Notes: a model not told the origin generated them from the letters alone. 64,000 nucleotides of DNA from an uncultured Gammaproteobacteria bacterium (GCA_964635515.1 CAZWNU010000002.1:1-64000), one strand, 5' to 3'; counted from the stretch's first letter, positions 55,508 through 64,000 are shown. Numbers and translations are program-made.

Positions 55508-56719
55508 TCAGTTTACAAAAGTTCCGTGGATATGGTTATCTTTTTGCTTGACCCGTTTTATAACCTCTCTTATCTTACTTCTGGGAATATCTCTTCCGCC
55601 CAAACCTACCACAAAACTCTGGATCTTGGGGTGATAAGGACTGGTCCTTAGGTGAGGGATGGTTTCTTGAAAAGCACTCCTTATATCCGAGGCTAAGGGG
55701 CCCATTTGGCCCAGGCTAACAGCCTTATCCAAGACTGCGATATATTTGGGACCCAGTTTTTTTATGGTTTCTTTTAACTCGGTGGAGGGAAAAGGTCTGA
55801 AGGTTTTTAATTTCAATACTCCGACTTTTTCTTGTTTTTGGTCAACCACTTCTTTGATGGTCCCAATTATTGACCCCATCGCTATTATCACGGTCTTGGG
55901 TGATCTGGGTCCATAGTATTCCAATAAACCATTGTCTATCTGGGCCTCGGATTTACTTTTACTGGTTCCGAAAAGTTGTAGATATCTATTATATTCTTTT
56001 TTGATCAAAGGGAGGGAGCTTAAGAGATCAGTGTGCAACTCTTCTCTTATTTCCATATAATAAGCTGGTGGAGCAAAAGCTCCCATGGTTCTGGGTTGAT
56101 TCGGGTCCAGGATCATATTTTTCTTTGCCTTGTAGTCAGGTAAGAATTTTTTGATCTGAGTCGGAGTGGGTATGTTCACCGCTTCGTAGGAATGGGTCAA
56201 AAGAAAACCATCGATGTTGACCATGGCCGGGAGATTGGTCTTTTCCGCCAATTTGTAGGCCAAGATGTGTTGTTCCACCGCTTCTTGATGATTTTCAGCA
56301 AAGAACATCAACCAACCGGAGTCTCTGATGGTCATGGCGTCTTGGTGATCGTTCCAAATGGTTATCGGAGCAGATACTCCGCGGTTAGCGCAGGTTATGA
56401 CCACTGGTAGGCGCATGCCGGCAATGTTGAACAGAACTTCAGTCATCAAGAGTATTCCTTGGGAGCTGGTGGCGCTGTAGGTACGTACTCCTTGGGCACT
56501 GGCACCCTCCACGATCGAGGCGGCTGCGAATTCGCTTTCCGCTCGCACATATTGATATTTGGCCTTGCCATCAGCTTTGAACTTGGCTAAGTCCTCCACT
56601 ATATGTGTCTGGGGGGTGATGGGATAAGCGGAAATAACCCCGGGATTGATATTTTTAATACTCAAGGCGACCGCTCTGGACCCTTCGAGGATTTGGGTGT
56701 TTTTTCTGTTGTTTAACAT
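55508..56719 (-). CDS. porA: Pyruvate/2-oxoacid:ferredoxin oxidoreductase alpha subunit
   Basis: It is 403 aa with 'EGSRAVALSIKNINPGVISAYPITPQT' and 'ESEFAAASIVEGASAQGVRTYSATSSQGILLM'. Confidence 0.93.
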   Translation of the reverse strand: MLNNRKNTQILEGSRAVALSIKNINPGVISAYPITPQTHIVEDLAKFKADGKAKYQYVRAESEFAAASIVEGASAQGVRTYSATSSQGILLMTEVLFNIAGMRLPVVITCANRGVSAPITIWNDHQDAMTIRDSGWLMFFAENHQEAVEQHILAYKLAEKTNLPAMVNIDGFLLTHSYEAVNIPTPTQIKKFLPDYKAKKNMILDPNQPRTMGAFAPPAYYMEIREELHTDLLSSLPLIKKEYNRYLQLFGTSKSKSEAQIDNGLLEYYGPRSPKTVIIAMGSIIGTIKEVVDQKQEKVGVLKLKTFRPFPSTELKETIKKLGPKYIAVLDKAVSLGQMGPLASDIRSAFQETIPHLRTSPYHPKIQSFVVGLGGRDIPRSKIREVIKRVKQKDNHIHGTFVN

Positions 56720-56737
56720 ATTATTAGTAAAATTTTA

Positions 56738-57001
56738 TTATTTCTCTTCTAAATCCATTTTGATGGCCTTGACCGGACAATGAGCGGCGCACAGGCCACA
56801 TCCTTTACAATAATCATAATCAGTCTCCGGTTTTAATCCCGCTTTTTTTTGTTTCATATCAATGGTGCTTTCCGGGCAAATTTTGGCGCACAAACCGCAA
56901 CCGATACATTTTTTCTCATCGGTTTCCGGGCGAAAGGTTCTCCAGCCCCCGGTCTTGTTCTTCTTGGTTGATCCGGGCCGGGATGTGATATCTATTTCCA
57001 T
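56738..57001 (-). CDS. porD: Pyruvate/2-oxoacid:ferredoxin oxidoreductase delta subunit (2x[4Fe-4S] ferredoxin)
   Basis: It is 87 aa with 'CIGCGLCAKICP' and 'CKGCGLCAAHCP'. Confidence 0.92.
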   Translation of the reverse strand: MEIDITSRPGSTKKNKTGGWRTFRPETDEKKCIGCGLCAKICPESTIDMKQKKAGLKPETDYDYCKGCGLCAAHCPVKAIKMDLEEK

Positions 57002-57010
57002 AATTAAAGT

Positions 57011-57553
57011 TTAATAGTTATAAGCTTTTTCTATGGCCTGAATGTTTTTTTTGATTATTTCTTGGCCTTTGTTTTGGAACTTTTGTTTAACCGCTTTTTT
57101 TAGACCGGACAAACTGACTTCCTCGGTGTTTTTAGCAAAAGAGCCCAGGATAACGGTATTAGCTATGTCCTTGCCGATCACATCCAGGGCTATTTGAGTG
57201 GCATTGATGGTATAGATGTTTTCTTGAGGTATTTGAAGTTTCAATTTCTCTTTTTTCTTAGAGGTGTTTATTATCACTCGGGTTTCCTGTCCACAACCTT
57301 GACTCAAGTCGGTTACTTGCAATAAACTGGCATCCAAGATGACCAGAATGTCCGGATTATAGATCTGCTCTCTCAACCTTATCGGTCGGGAGTCAATTCT
57401 GGTGTAGGACTCTATCGGAGCCCCTGTCCTCTCCACTCCGAACGAGGGGAAGGCTTGGGAATATCTCCCGTCGGCAAAAGCGGCTATAGCGATTAATTCT
57501 GAAGCAGTAACCACTCCTTGGCCGCCTCGGCCATGAATTCTAATTTGGATCAT
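57011..57553 (-). CDS. porG: Pyruvate/2-oxoacid:ferredoxin oxidoreductase gamma subunit
   Basis: It is 180 aa with 'IRIHGRGGQGVVTASELIAIAA...AFPSFGVERTGAP'. Confidence 0.92.
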   Translation of the reverse strand: MIQIRIHGRGGQGVVTASELIAIAAFADGRYSQAFPSFGVERTGAPIESYTRIDSRPIRLREQIYNPDILVILDASLLQVTDLSQGCGQETRVIINTSKKKEKLKLQIPQENIYTINATQIALDVIGKDIANTVILGSFAKNTEEVSLSGLKKAVKQKFQNKGQEIIKKNIQAIEKAYNY

Positions 57554-57557
57554 ATTT

Positions 57558-58295
57558 TTAGTTATTATTATCAGATTCTCGAAGGATCTCTTCGATCAGA
57601 ATTTCGAATATTTCATAGGGTATATCTCCCTCTATTTTGTAACCGTTAATAAAGTAACTCGGGGTACCCCTAACACCCATTTCCACTCCGCCCTCAGCAT
57701 CTTTAATTATTTCTTCTTCGGTTTTATCAGCCGAGATACATTGATTATACTCGATCATGTTCATCCCTATTTCTCTAGCTAGGTCAGGCAATCTTTCCAA
57801 AGGAAGGTTGCCTTGGTGCCGGAACAACTCTCTTTGCATTTCCGGGAAAAATCCTTGCTCTTGGGCGCATTTAGCAGCTATGCTCAGGACCAGGGATTCT
57901 TCATTGGTCACGGGGAAATTTCTAAAAACCAATTGTATTTCTTCTCCATAGTTTTTGTTCAGCTCCTGCATTATCAGGTAAGATTCTCTGGAAAAAGGAC
58001 AATTGAAATCGGAAAACTCCACTATAGTAACCCGGGGAGAGGAGGTGGCTCCCAAGAGGGGGCTGTTAATTTCTTTTCCGGTCGGGTCTTCAAATTTTTC
58101 CTGTTCTTTCAGTTCTGCCAGTAAGATGGCTCCGGCGTTTTGGTCTTGCGGGTCGAGTTGTTCGACTTGAAAATTATCAACAGTTTTGGCAAAATAGATC
58201 ATAAAAAGAATAATCAGGATCAAGATTATTCCTAGAAGAGAAAGTATGATAATCAACCCTTTATTTTGATACCACTTTAATTCTTTATTAGACAT
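57558..58295 (-). CDS. Membrane-anchored DsbA-like thioredoxin-fold protein with a CPFS (monothiol) active-site motif
   Basis: It has an N-terminal TM and a DsbA-family layout: 'VTIVEFSDFNCPFSRESY...FRNFPV...AAKCAQEQGFF...GVRGTPSYFINGYKIEG'. The codons read TGT CCT TTT TCC on the minus strand at ~58001-57990. The gene ends 4 nt before the porG start. Confidence 0.8.
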   Translation of the reverse strand: MSNKELKWYQNKGLIIILSLLGIILILIILFMIYFAKTVDNFQVEQLDPQDQNAGAILLAELKEQEKFEDPTGKEINSPLLGATSSPRVTIVEFSDFNCPFSRESYLIMQELNKNYGEEIQLVFRNFPVTNEESLVLSIAAKCAQEQGFFPEMQRELFRHQGNLPLERLPDLAREIGMNMIEYNQCISADKTEEEIIKDAEGGVEMGVRGTPSYFINGYKIEGDIPYEIFEILIEEILRESDNNN

Positions 58296-58352
58296 ATACT
58301 AATTGTGTTAATTGTTTGAATTATAACATATTTGTTCGGTCTAACAAAATCT

Positions 58353-59120
58353 ATGAAAATTTTTTCTTGGAACGTAAATGGAATCAGGGCTTCAATCCGA
58401 AAGGGTTTTGCCGAGTTTTTGAAAAAACACCAGCCAGACATCTTTTTTTTGCAGGAGATCAAGATCTCTCGGCAAGATATAGAAAAAGAGAGAATAGAAT
58501 TCGAGGGCTACCAGGCTTATTGGAACCCGGCTCAAAGACCGGGTTATAGTGGTACGGCTATTTTAGTAAAAGAAGAAAAGATCGGGTTAATTTTTTTAGA
58601 GAGCGTTTTTTCTCCACCAAAAGACGATGAGGGTAGGGTGCAGTTCTTGGAGACCCAAGACCTCTATCTGGCCAATATCTATTTCCCCAATGCCGGCCCT
58701 GAGTTGGCCAGATTGGATTTTAAGATCGAATTTAATAATAAGTTGTTGCAAAGAATCAAATCCTTGGAGAAAAAAAAGCCCTTTTTGATAGGAGGTGATT
58801 ACAATGTGGCTCATCAGGAGATAGACTTGGCCAGACCCAAGCAAAATGTGGGCAATGCCGGGTTTACCGAAGAGGAAAGGGCTTGGATGACCCAGTTCTT
58901 GAATTCCGGATTTAAAGATACTTTCAGAGAGATCCAACCGGAAAAAGAAAAGTATACTTGGTGGACTTACAGATCTCCTCAGGCCAGAGAGAAGAATATT
59001 GGCTGGAGAATTGACTATTTTTGTGTGTCTGATAGTATTTTAAAACGAGTTAAAAAAAGCGACATTTTAGACACTGTCAAGGGCAGTGATCACGCTCCCT
59101 TGGAAATTGAGATAACCTGA
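58353..59120 (+). CDS. xth: Exodeoxyribonuclease III (AP endonuclease)
   Basis: It has 'MKIFSWNVNGIRA', 'PDIFFLQEIK', 'GDYNVAH' and 'SDHAPLEIEI'. The ATG at 58353 is preferred. Confidence 0.95.
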   Translation: MKIFSWNVNGIRASIRKGFAEFLKKHQPDIFFLQEIKISRQDIEKERIEFEGYQAYWNPAQRPGYSGTAILVKEEKIGLIFLESVFSPPKDDEGRVQFLETQDLYLANIYFPNAGPELARLDFKIEFNNKLLQRIKSLEKKKPFLIGGDYNVAHQEIDLARPKQNVGNAGFTEEERAWMTQFLNSGFKDTFREIQPEKEKYTWWTYRSPQAREKNIGWRIDYFCVSDSILKRVKKSDILDTVKGSDHAPLEIEIT

Positions 59121-59137
59121 GAAGAAAGGATGATGAG

Positions 59138-59338
59138 ATGGCTTGTTCCGGTTGTGATGAATATTTGGATTCCTGCAATGAGATCTTGAGATGTCTTGAT
59201 TGCGGTCAAGTCTATGTTTTACAAAACTCTGTTTTCAAGAAGTGTCGGATAAAATTCAGTGGCAACAACTCATTTCTGTTAGCCTATCCGGAAGGAGGAG
59301 CGAGAATGGTACTGGACCCTGAAGAATTGATCTTTTAA
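59138..59338 (+). CDS. Small zinc-ribbon protein (hypothetical, 66 aa)
   Basis: It has the pattern CxxC-x12-CxxC ('CSGC...CLDC'). Confidence 0.5.
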   Translation: MACSGCDEYLDSCNEILRCLDCGQVYVLQNSVFKKCRIKFSGNNSFLLAYPEGGARMVLDPEELIF

Positions 59339-59481
59339 GTCGGTTTTTAACAAGGGGTGGGTAAAAATTTTTTTCGCGGTTTTTTTAACAAAAATTTAGT
59401 TTAAAAAAAGGAGGTATAAATTTTCCTGGAACAAGGATGTTTTCAGGAGGGTTAAAAACAAAAAGAAAGGAGGAGCCATCT

Positions 59482-59694
59482 ATGAAGATCTGCATGGTTT
59501 GCAACAAAGCTGTTGAGGAGTTTTTTAACAAAGGAGCTGTCCAGGAGTGTCCCGGATGTGGTCAGCAATACCACAACGGATACCCTCTCCAGGAAAGGAG
59601 GGAGGGCTTGACCGCTCTCCAACGGCAACAGATCAGAGAAATGAGAAGGAACCTTGATAGTGAAGAGGACTATCCGGTCCCTTCTCCCTCGTAG
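59482..59694 (+). CDS. Small zinc-ribbon protein (hypothetical, 70 aa)
   Basis: An SD sequence AAGGAGG lies 8 nt upstream of the ATG at 59482. The protein has CxxC-x15-CxxC ('CMVC...CPGC') and an acidic/Arg-rich tail. Confidence 0.55.
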   Translation: MKICMVCNKAVEEFFNKGAVQECPGCGQQYHNGYPLQERREGLTALQRQQIREMRRNLDSEEDYPVPSPS

Positions 59695-59717
59695 ATCTAA
59701 ATTAAAGCAGAGCGAGA

Positions 59718-59750
59718 CCCGGACAAGGACATTGTCCGGGTTTGATTTTT
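59718..59750 (+). terminator. Rho-independent terminator
   Basis: CCCGGACAA-ggaca-TTGTCCGGG is followed by TTTGATTTTT. Confidence 0.8.
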
Positions 59751-59823
59751 ATCAGGTTTTTAGTTAGAATAAGGTTAAATTTTAATGATTAAAATGAGTA
59801 GAGAATAAGAATAATCTATATAT

Positions 59824-62325
59824 ATGAGCAAATATGACCACCAAGCTATAGAAAGCAAGTGGCAGAAAAAATGGGACCTTGAAGGGCTTTATAAAACTGG
59901 TGAGTCTCAGGATAAGCAAAAGTATTATATTCTGGACATGTTTCCTTATCCTTCCGGATCCGGTCTTCATGTGGGCCATCCTCGCGGATATATAGCTACA
60001 GACGTTTTTGCCAGAATGAAGGTTCTGCAGGGCTACAATGTTCTTCACCCCATGGGATGGGACGCTTTCGGCCTGCCGGCGGAAAATTATGCCATTAAGA
60101 ACAAGGTTCATCCAAAGCAAGCCACCAATGAGAATATAGCCACCTTTAAGAAGCAGTTGCAAAAGATCGGTTTCAGTTATGATTGGGACAGGGAAATAGA
60201 TACCACCGACCCCGATTTCTATAAATGGACACAGTGGATCTTCCTTCAACTCTGGAAAAAGGGTTTGGCCTACCAATCCTATGAACCCATAAACTGGTGC
60301 TCCGGTTGCCAGACCGGTCTGGCTAACGAAGACTTGGAAGACGGCAGATGCGAGCGCTGTGACAGTGAGATCGAACAAAAACCCATGCGGCAATGGGTTT
60401 TGAAAATAACCGATTATGCCGACCGTCTCTTAAACGACTTGGATAAACTTCCGGATTGGGACTCTTCCATTAAAGAGATGCAAAAGAATTGGATCGGGAA
60501 AAGCGAGGGAGCGGAAATAGATTTTAAGATTGGGCCGAGTTCCGGGCCTGAGGGTTCTGGTCAAATGGAGACAGTAAAAGTGTTTACCACTCGTCCGGAT
60601 ACTCTGTTCGGAGCCACCTATTTTGTTTTAGCTCCCGAGCACCCGGTTCTGGAGAAGAATCAAGATAGGATCGAAAATATTCAAGAGGTTCGGGAGTATA
60701 TGGAAAAGGCTAGAAAAAAGACAGAACTTGAAAGGACCGATCTGTCTAAAGACAAGACAGGTCTTAGGCTTGAAGGTTTGGTAGCGATCAATCCGGTGAA
60801 CAAAGAAGAAATTCCGATCTTTGTGGCCGATTATGTCATGATTCATTACGGAACCGGAGCTATTATGGCGGTTCCGGCCCATGATGAGAGAGATTTCGAG
60901 TTTGCTCAAAAATACGGATTGCCGATCAAAAAAGTGGTGGAACCGAAAGAAAAAGACGACACAGAAGATCAAGAATCGCTCTGTTTTTCCGATTCAGGTG
61001 TGAATGTTAATTCCGATTTTCTTGACGGTCTGGAGACGGCTCAAGCCCAGGGAAAAATGATTGAATGGCTGGAGAAGAATGGACTGGGTAAAAAAGAATT
61101 TAATTACAAAATAAAGGACTGGGTCTTTTCCAGGCAGAGGTATTGGGGAGAGCCCATACCCATTATCCATTGTGACAGGTGCGGGGTAGTGGGAGTTCCG
61201 GAAGCGGAGCTACCGGTAGAATTACCAGAAATAGAACACTATGAACCCAGTGGAACAGGGGAGTCTCCCTTGGTCAATGTTTCGGATTGGGTCAATACCG
61301 AGTGTCCTGAATGCCAAGGGGTGGCAAAAAGAGAGACCAATACCATGCCCCAGTGGGCCGGATCCAGTTGGTACTACCTTCGCTATATTGATCCTTTTAA
61401 CCAGCAGGCCCTGGTTGATCCGAAAAAGGAAAAATATTGGTCTCCGGTAGATTTTTATGTGGGTGGGGCCGAGCACGCTACCAGACATTTGATCTATGCT
61501 CGTTTTTGGCATAAGTTTTTGTACGATCAGGGAGTGGTCAACTATGATGAACCCTTTAAAAGATTGCAGCATGTAGGTATAATTCTGGCTGAAGATGGTC
61601 GGAAGATGAGTAAGAGATTCGGAAATGTGATTAATCCGGATGAGATAGTTTTTAAATACGGCGCTGACGCCTTACGGGTATATGAAATGTTCATGGGGCC
61701 CTTTAGTCAGTCCATAGCTTGGAGCACTAATGGACTTATAGGGGTCAAGAGGTTTTTGGAAAAAATACATGATCATGTATCCGATCTGTTAGACGAGAAA
61801 AAACGACCCTGTTTGAGTGAAGAATTATCAGCCTGGAAAAAGGGGGAGGCAGAAAACGACCCTGAGCTTCTTTGTCTGCTTCATCAGACTATTAAGAAGG
61901 TGGGCCGGGATATTGAAGGTTTTAAATTCAATACAGCTATCAGTCAAATGATGATACTCAGAAATTCCTGGGATGAGGATAATTTTCTAGCTAAAAAAGA
62001 TCTGGAAAAATTTTTGATCATACTATCTCCCTTTGCCCCGCATTTAGCAGAAGAGCTTTGGCAAAAACTGGGTCATGAAAAAAGTATCTTTGCCCAGACT
62101 TGGCCGGACTACGATCCGGAATTGATCTCGAAACAGGAGGTGGAGATAGTGGTTCAGGTTAACGGCAAGCTCAGAGACAGGCTTATGGTTTCCCCGGATC
62201 TGGGAGAGGAAGAGGTTTTGGACCTGGTCCTTGAAAGGGACAAGGTTCAAGAGTGGCTTAAGGACAAAAAGTTGATTAAAAAGATCTTTGTTCCCGGCAA
62301 GCTGGTTAATTTGGTTGTGAAATAG
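59824..62325 (+). CDS. leuS: Leucyl-tRNA synthetase
   Basis: It has HIGH 'LHVGHPRGY', KMSKS 'KMSKRFGN', a CP1 editing domain, and is 833 aa. Confidence 0.97.
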   Translation: MSKYDHQAIESKWQKKWDLEGLYKTGESQDKQKYYILDMFPYPSGSGLHVGHPRGYIATDVFARMKVLQGYNVLHPMGWDAFGLPAENYAIKNKVHPKQATNENIATFKKQLQKIGFSYDWDREIDTTDPDFYKWTQWIFLQLWKKGLAYQSYEPINWCSGCQTGLANEDLEDGRCERCDSEIEQKPMRQWVLKITDYADRLLNDLDKLPDWDSSIKEMQKNWIGKSEGAEIDFKIGPSSGPEGSGQMETVKVFTTRPDTLFGATYFVLAPEHPVLEKNQDRIENIQEVREYMEKARKKTELERTDLSKDKTGLRLEGLVAINPVNKEEIPIFVADYVMIHYGTGAIMAVPAHDERDFEFAQKYGLPIKKVVEPKEKDDTEDQESLCFSDSGVNVNSDFLDGLETAQAQGKMIEWLEKNGLGKKEFNYKIKDWVFSRQRYWGEPIPIIHCDRCGVVGVPEAELPVELPEIEHYEPSGTGESPLVNVSDWVNTECPECQGVAKRETNTMPQWAGSSWYYLRYIDPFNQQALVDPKKEKYWSPVDFYVGGAEHATRHLIYARFWHKFLYDQGVVNYDEPFKRLQHVGIILAEDGRKMSKRFGNVINPDEIVFKYGADALRVYEMFMGPFSQSIAWSTNGLIGVKRFLEKIHDHVSDLLDEKKRPCLSEELSAWKKGEAENDPELLCLLHQTIKKVGRDIEGFKFNTAISQMMILRNSWDEDNFLAKKDLEKFLIILSPFAPHLAEELWQKLGHEKSIFAQTWPDYDPELISKQEVEIVVQVNGKLRDRLMVSPDLGEEEVLDLVLERDKVQEWLKDKKLIKKIFVPGKLVNLVVK

Positions 62326-62376
62326 CAATCATTGTTTTTTTGTGAAAAACTCTTTTTTTATATCAAAACAAAGGAA

Positions 62377-62407
62377 ACAATCACTGATAAGAGTGATTGT
62401 TTTTTTG
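62377..62407 (+). terminator. Rho-independent terminator after leuS
   Basis: AACAATCACT-gataag-AGTGATTGTT is followed by TTTTTT. Confidence 0.85.
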
Positions 62408-62466
62408 CGCTCGAGATGTTACAATAAATATAGCCAGTTTTTTAAGATCTTTTCTTGAACAAAGAT

Positions 62467-63315
62467 ATGAAGCTTCTTTCCGAGACTAAGAGATTGTGTC
62501 ATCTCTACGGCATCAGGCCAACCCGAAGTAAGGGTCAGAATTTTTTGATATCTGAAGGAATTTATAGTAAAATAATAGAAGAGGGAGAATTAACCGGATC
62601 GGATCAAGTGCTCGAGGTGGGGCCCGGTTTTGGTTTTATGCTTCTACGCTTGGCCGATCAGGTGAAAAAAGTTTTGGCGGTAGAGTTGGATGACAGAATA
62701 AGTCGGGCACTTCAATCAGAGCTTGAAAAAAGAAAGATCAGTAATGTCTGTCTGTTGAATCAAGATATACTGGATCTGGAGTTGCCACCCTCAAACCTGA
62801 AAGGATCTTATAAGGTGATGGCCAACCTGCCCTACAACATAAGCTCGATCTTTTTACGAAAGTTTTTAAGCAGCCCCGGCAGGCCAAAGCTACTGGTCTT
62901 GTTGCTTCAAAAGGAGGTAGCAGAACGCATTGTAGCCGAGCCGCCCCAAATGAGTCTTTTGGCTGTTTCGGTTCAATACTATACATATCCCTGTTTTGTT
63001 AAAAAAGTTACCCCAGGAAATTTTTGGCCCTCCCCCAGAGTTGATAGCGCTATAGTAAAGCTAAGAGTTAAGCCGAAGCTACCCTTGCCCCAAGGGAGGG
63101 AAGAGAGTTTTTTTAAACTAGTTAAAGCCGGGTTCAGTTCTAAAAGAAAAATGTTGAAAAATAATTTAGTTTCCAGATCAGAGTTTTCAGCCGGAGAAGT
63201 GGAAGAGATATTTTCAGATCTGGGACTGAATCCCAAGATCAGAGCTCAAGAACTTTCTTTGGACGATTGGTTAAAAATTTATAACACTAAAATTTCTTAT
63301 GCAAAACTTAAATAA
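62467..63315 (+). CDS. rsmA: 16S rRNA (adenine1518/1519-N6)-dimethyltransferase
   Basis: It has 'RPTRSKGQNFL', the SAM motif 'VLEVGPGFG' and 'ANLPYNISS'. The ATG at 62467 is preferred to the TTG at 62455. Confidence 0.93.
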   Translation: MKLLSETKRLCHLYGIRPTRSKGQNFLISEGIYSKIIEEGELTGSDQVLEVGPGFGFMLLRLADQVKKVLAVELDDRISRALQSELEKRKISNVCLLNQDILDLELPPSNLKGSYKVMANLPYNISSIFLRKFLSSPGRPKLLVLLLQKEVAERIVAEPPQMSLLAVSVQYYTYPCFVKKVTPGNFWPSPRVDSAIVKLRVKPKLPLPQGREESFFKLVKAGFSSKRKMLKNNLVSRSEFSAGEVEEIFSDLGLNPKIRAQELSLDDWLKIYNTKISYAKLK

Positions 63316-63931
63316 TGATCACCAAGGTGACAACTCTCCTAAACTCAGCCTGGGACAAAAATTGGGTGTGGTCGGCTTATCTTTTTTGGCGGTTATGATA
63401 GTTTTTTTGTGGATATTTAATTTGAACAAGAATATCCAAGGTCCCGGAGCCACCAGGAGTGTCTCTACTGAAGATCCTTGTCCCGGAGGAGATTGTTTCA
63501 GCGATCAATCATTTCAAGAATTTACCAGTTCTTTTGAGGGCTCTTTTGATGATGAGGATATAGTTGATGGTTTTGATACAGATGAAGAATTGGACTTTAT
63601 TGTTGACTATGAGTCAGAGAGGGGTGATGATCCCACCTCAAGACTTGGTGCCGAGGATATGGGAGTTACGGGTAGCTTGGGTCAGATGGATCTGCCCACC
63701 ACAACCACTTCTACTGTTGATGATTTTGATTCTTTGGATTTTGAAAACGACCTGGATGGTCAGGAAATGGGTCTAGGGGAAACAGAAATTATGTCTATCA
63801 TCCAAGGAGAGGGAGACGCGGAAACCCTGAGAGAGGTCCTTCTTCAGTCTGGGGTAGCGGATAGTGAGTTTCTAGACCAGGTCAGTGATGAAGATTTAAT
63901 GAGTACTTATCAAGAGACCCTGGGTCAATAG
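63299..63931 (+). CDS. Hypothetical membrane-anchored, very acidic protein (210 aa)
   Basis: It has a TM 'LGVVGLSFLAVMIVFLWIF' followed by a D/E-rich, low-complexity extracytoplasmic region. It overlaps the rsmA end by 17 nt. Confidence 0.6.
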   Translation: MQNLNNDHQGDNSPKLSLGQKLGVVGLSFLAVMIVFLWIFNLNKNIQGPGATRSVSTEDPCPGGDCFSDQSFQEFTSSFEGSFDDEDIVDGFDTDEELDFIVDYESERGDDPTSRLGAEDMGVTGSLGQMDLPTTTTSTVDDFDSLDFENDLDGQEMGLGETEIMSIIQGEGDAETLREVLLQSGVADSEFLDQVSDEDLMSTYQETLGQ

Positions 63932-64000
63932 ATTGATAAATAATATAGTTAAGTTTTTAAAATTTGATGCCTAAGAAGAGGATAAATTCAATTACATCAC

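Noticed and set aside
55508-55510. The idea that the organism uses a recoded UGA (code 4 or 25), as some CPR-adjacent lineages do
   Set aside because: TGA terminates porA (55510-55508) and xth (59118-59120) at their normal full lengths, and long ORFs are not broken by in-frame TGA. Standard code 11 fits.
59782-60393. A 203-aa minus-strand ORF overlapping the leuS 5' region
   Set aside because: It is antisense to the conserved LeuRS HIGH-motif region, which makes it a shadow ORF.
1-64000. A search for CRISPR arrays, rRNA, tmRNA/RNase P/SRP RNA hallmarks, transposases and integrases
   Set aside because: No regularly spaced short repeats were seen and no conserved RNA signature strings were recognised. 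No DDE, tyrosine or serine recombinase motifs were seen in any ORF. The only sizeable repeat is the 401-bp tandem gene core.
63967-64000. A possible start of another CDS (ATG at 63967, 'MPKKRINSITS...') at the right edge
   Set aside because: Only 11 codons are visible, which is too short to support a call.

Overview
This is a 64-kb, almost gap-free coding fragment with about 60 genes, most of them on the + strand. It comes from a small-genome bacterium using the standard genetic code: TGA is a genuine stop at full-length xth and porA. The gene content suggests Candidate Phyla Radiation/Patescibacteria. The supporting features are a type-IV-pilin-like cluster behind a giant acidic surface protein, TrbC/VirB2-like 'T4SS-pilin' domain proteins, pyruvate/2-oxoacid:ferredoxin oxidoreductase plus ADP-forming acetyl-CoA synthetase, FemX+MurE+MreBCD/PBP2, no respiratory genes, and several tiny membrane ORFs. 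This taxonomic call is inference only, because no database search was possible. The core genes are ligA, gatCA, two tRNA-Ser, secDF, proS, mreBCD-mrdA, ileS, lemA-htpX, pepA, a U32 peptidase, ruvA, femX-like, murE-like, rpoBC, acetyl-CoA synthetase (ADP-forming), murJ, lepA, recJ, rnhA, porGDA...B, xth, leuS and rsmA. Five things stand out. (1) The por operon is split between porA and porB by a tightly packed 2-kb same-strand cassette. The cassette holds two tandem exported pilin-like proteins that share a 401-bp perfectly identical block but carry hypervariable acidic Cys-rich C-terminal domains, plus a DUF4258/DUF2283 toxin-antitoxin-like pair. A membrane-anchored DsbA-like protein with a CPFS (not CxxC) site lies directly upstream of the operon. 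(2) SecD carries a ~230-aa insertion containing a canonical parvulin PPIase domain in its extracytoplasmic head. (3) A compositionally odd ~1-kb islet follows tRNA-Ser(UGA), with an ASCH gene, a frameshifted ASCH remnant and a 68%-GC palindromic spacer. (4) An H-I-J-K-like minor-pilin set is translationally coupled to a modular protein of more than 1,245 aa. (5) There are two diverged V4R-like paralogs. I saw no CRISPR array, rRNA, transposase or integrase. All family assignments rest on motif recognition by eye and need HMM or structure confirmation.
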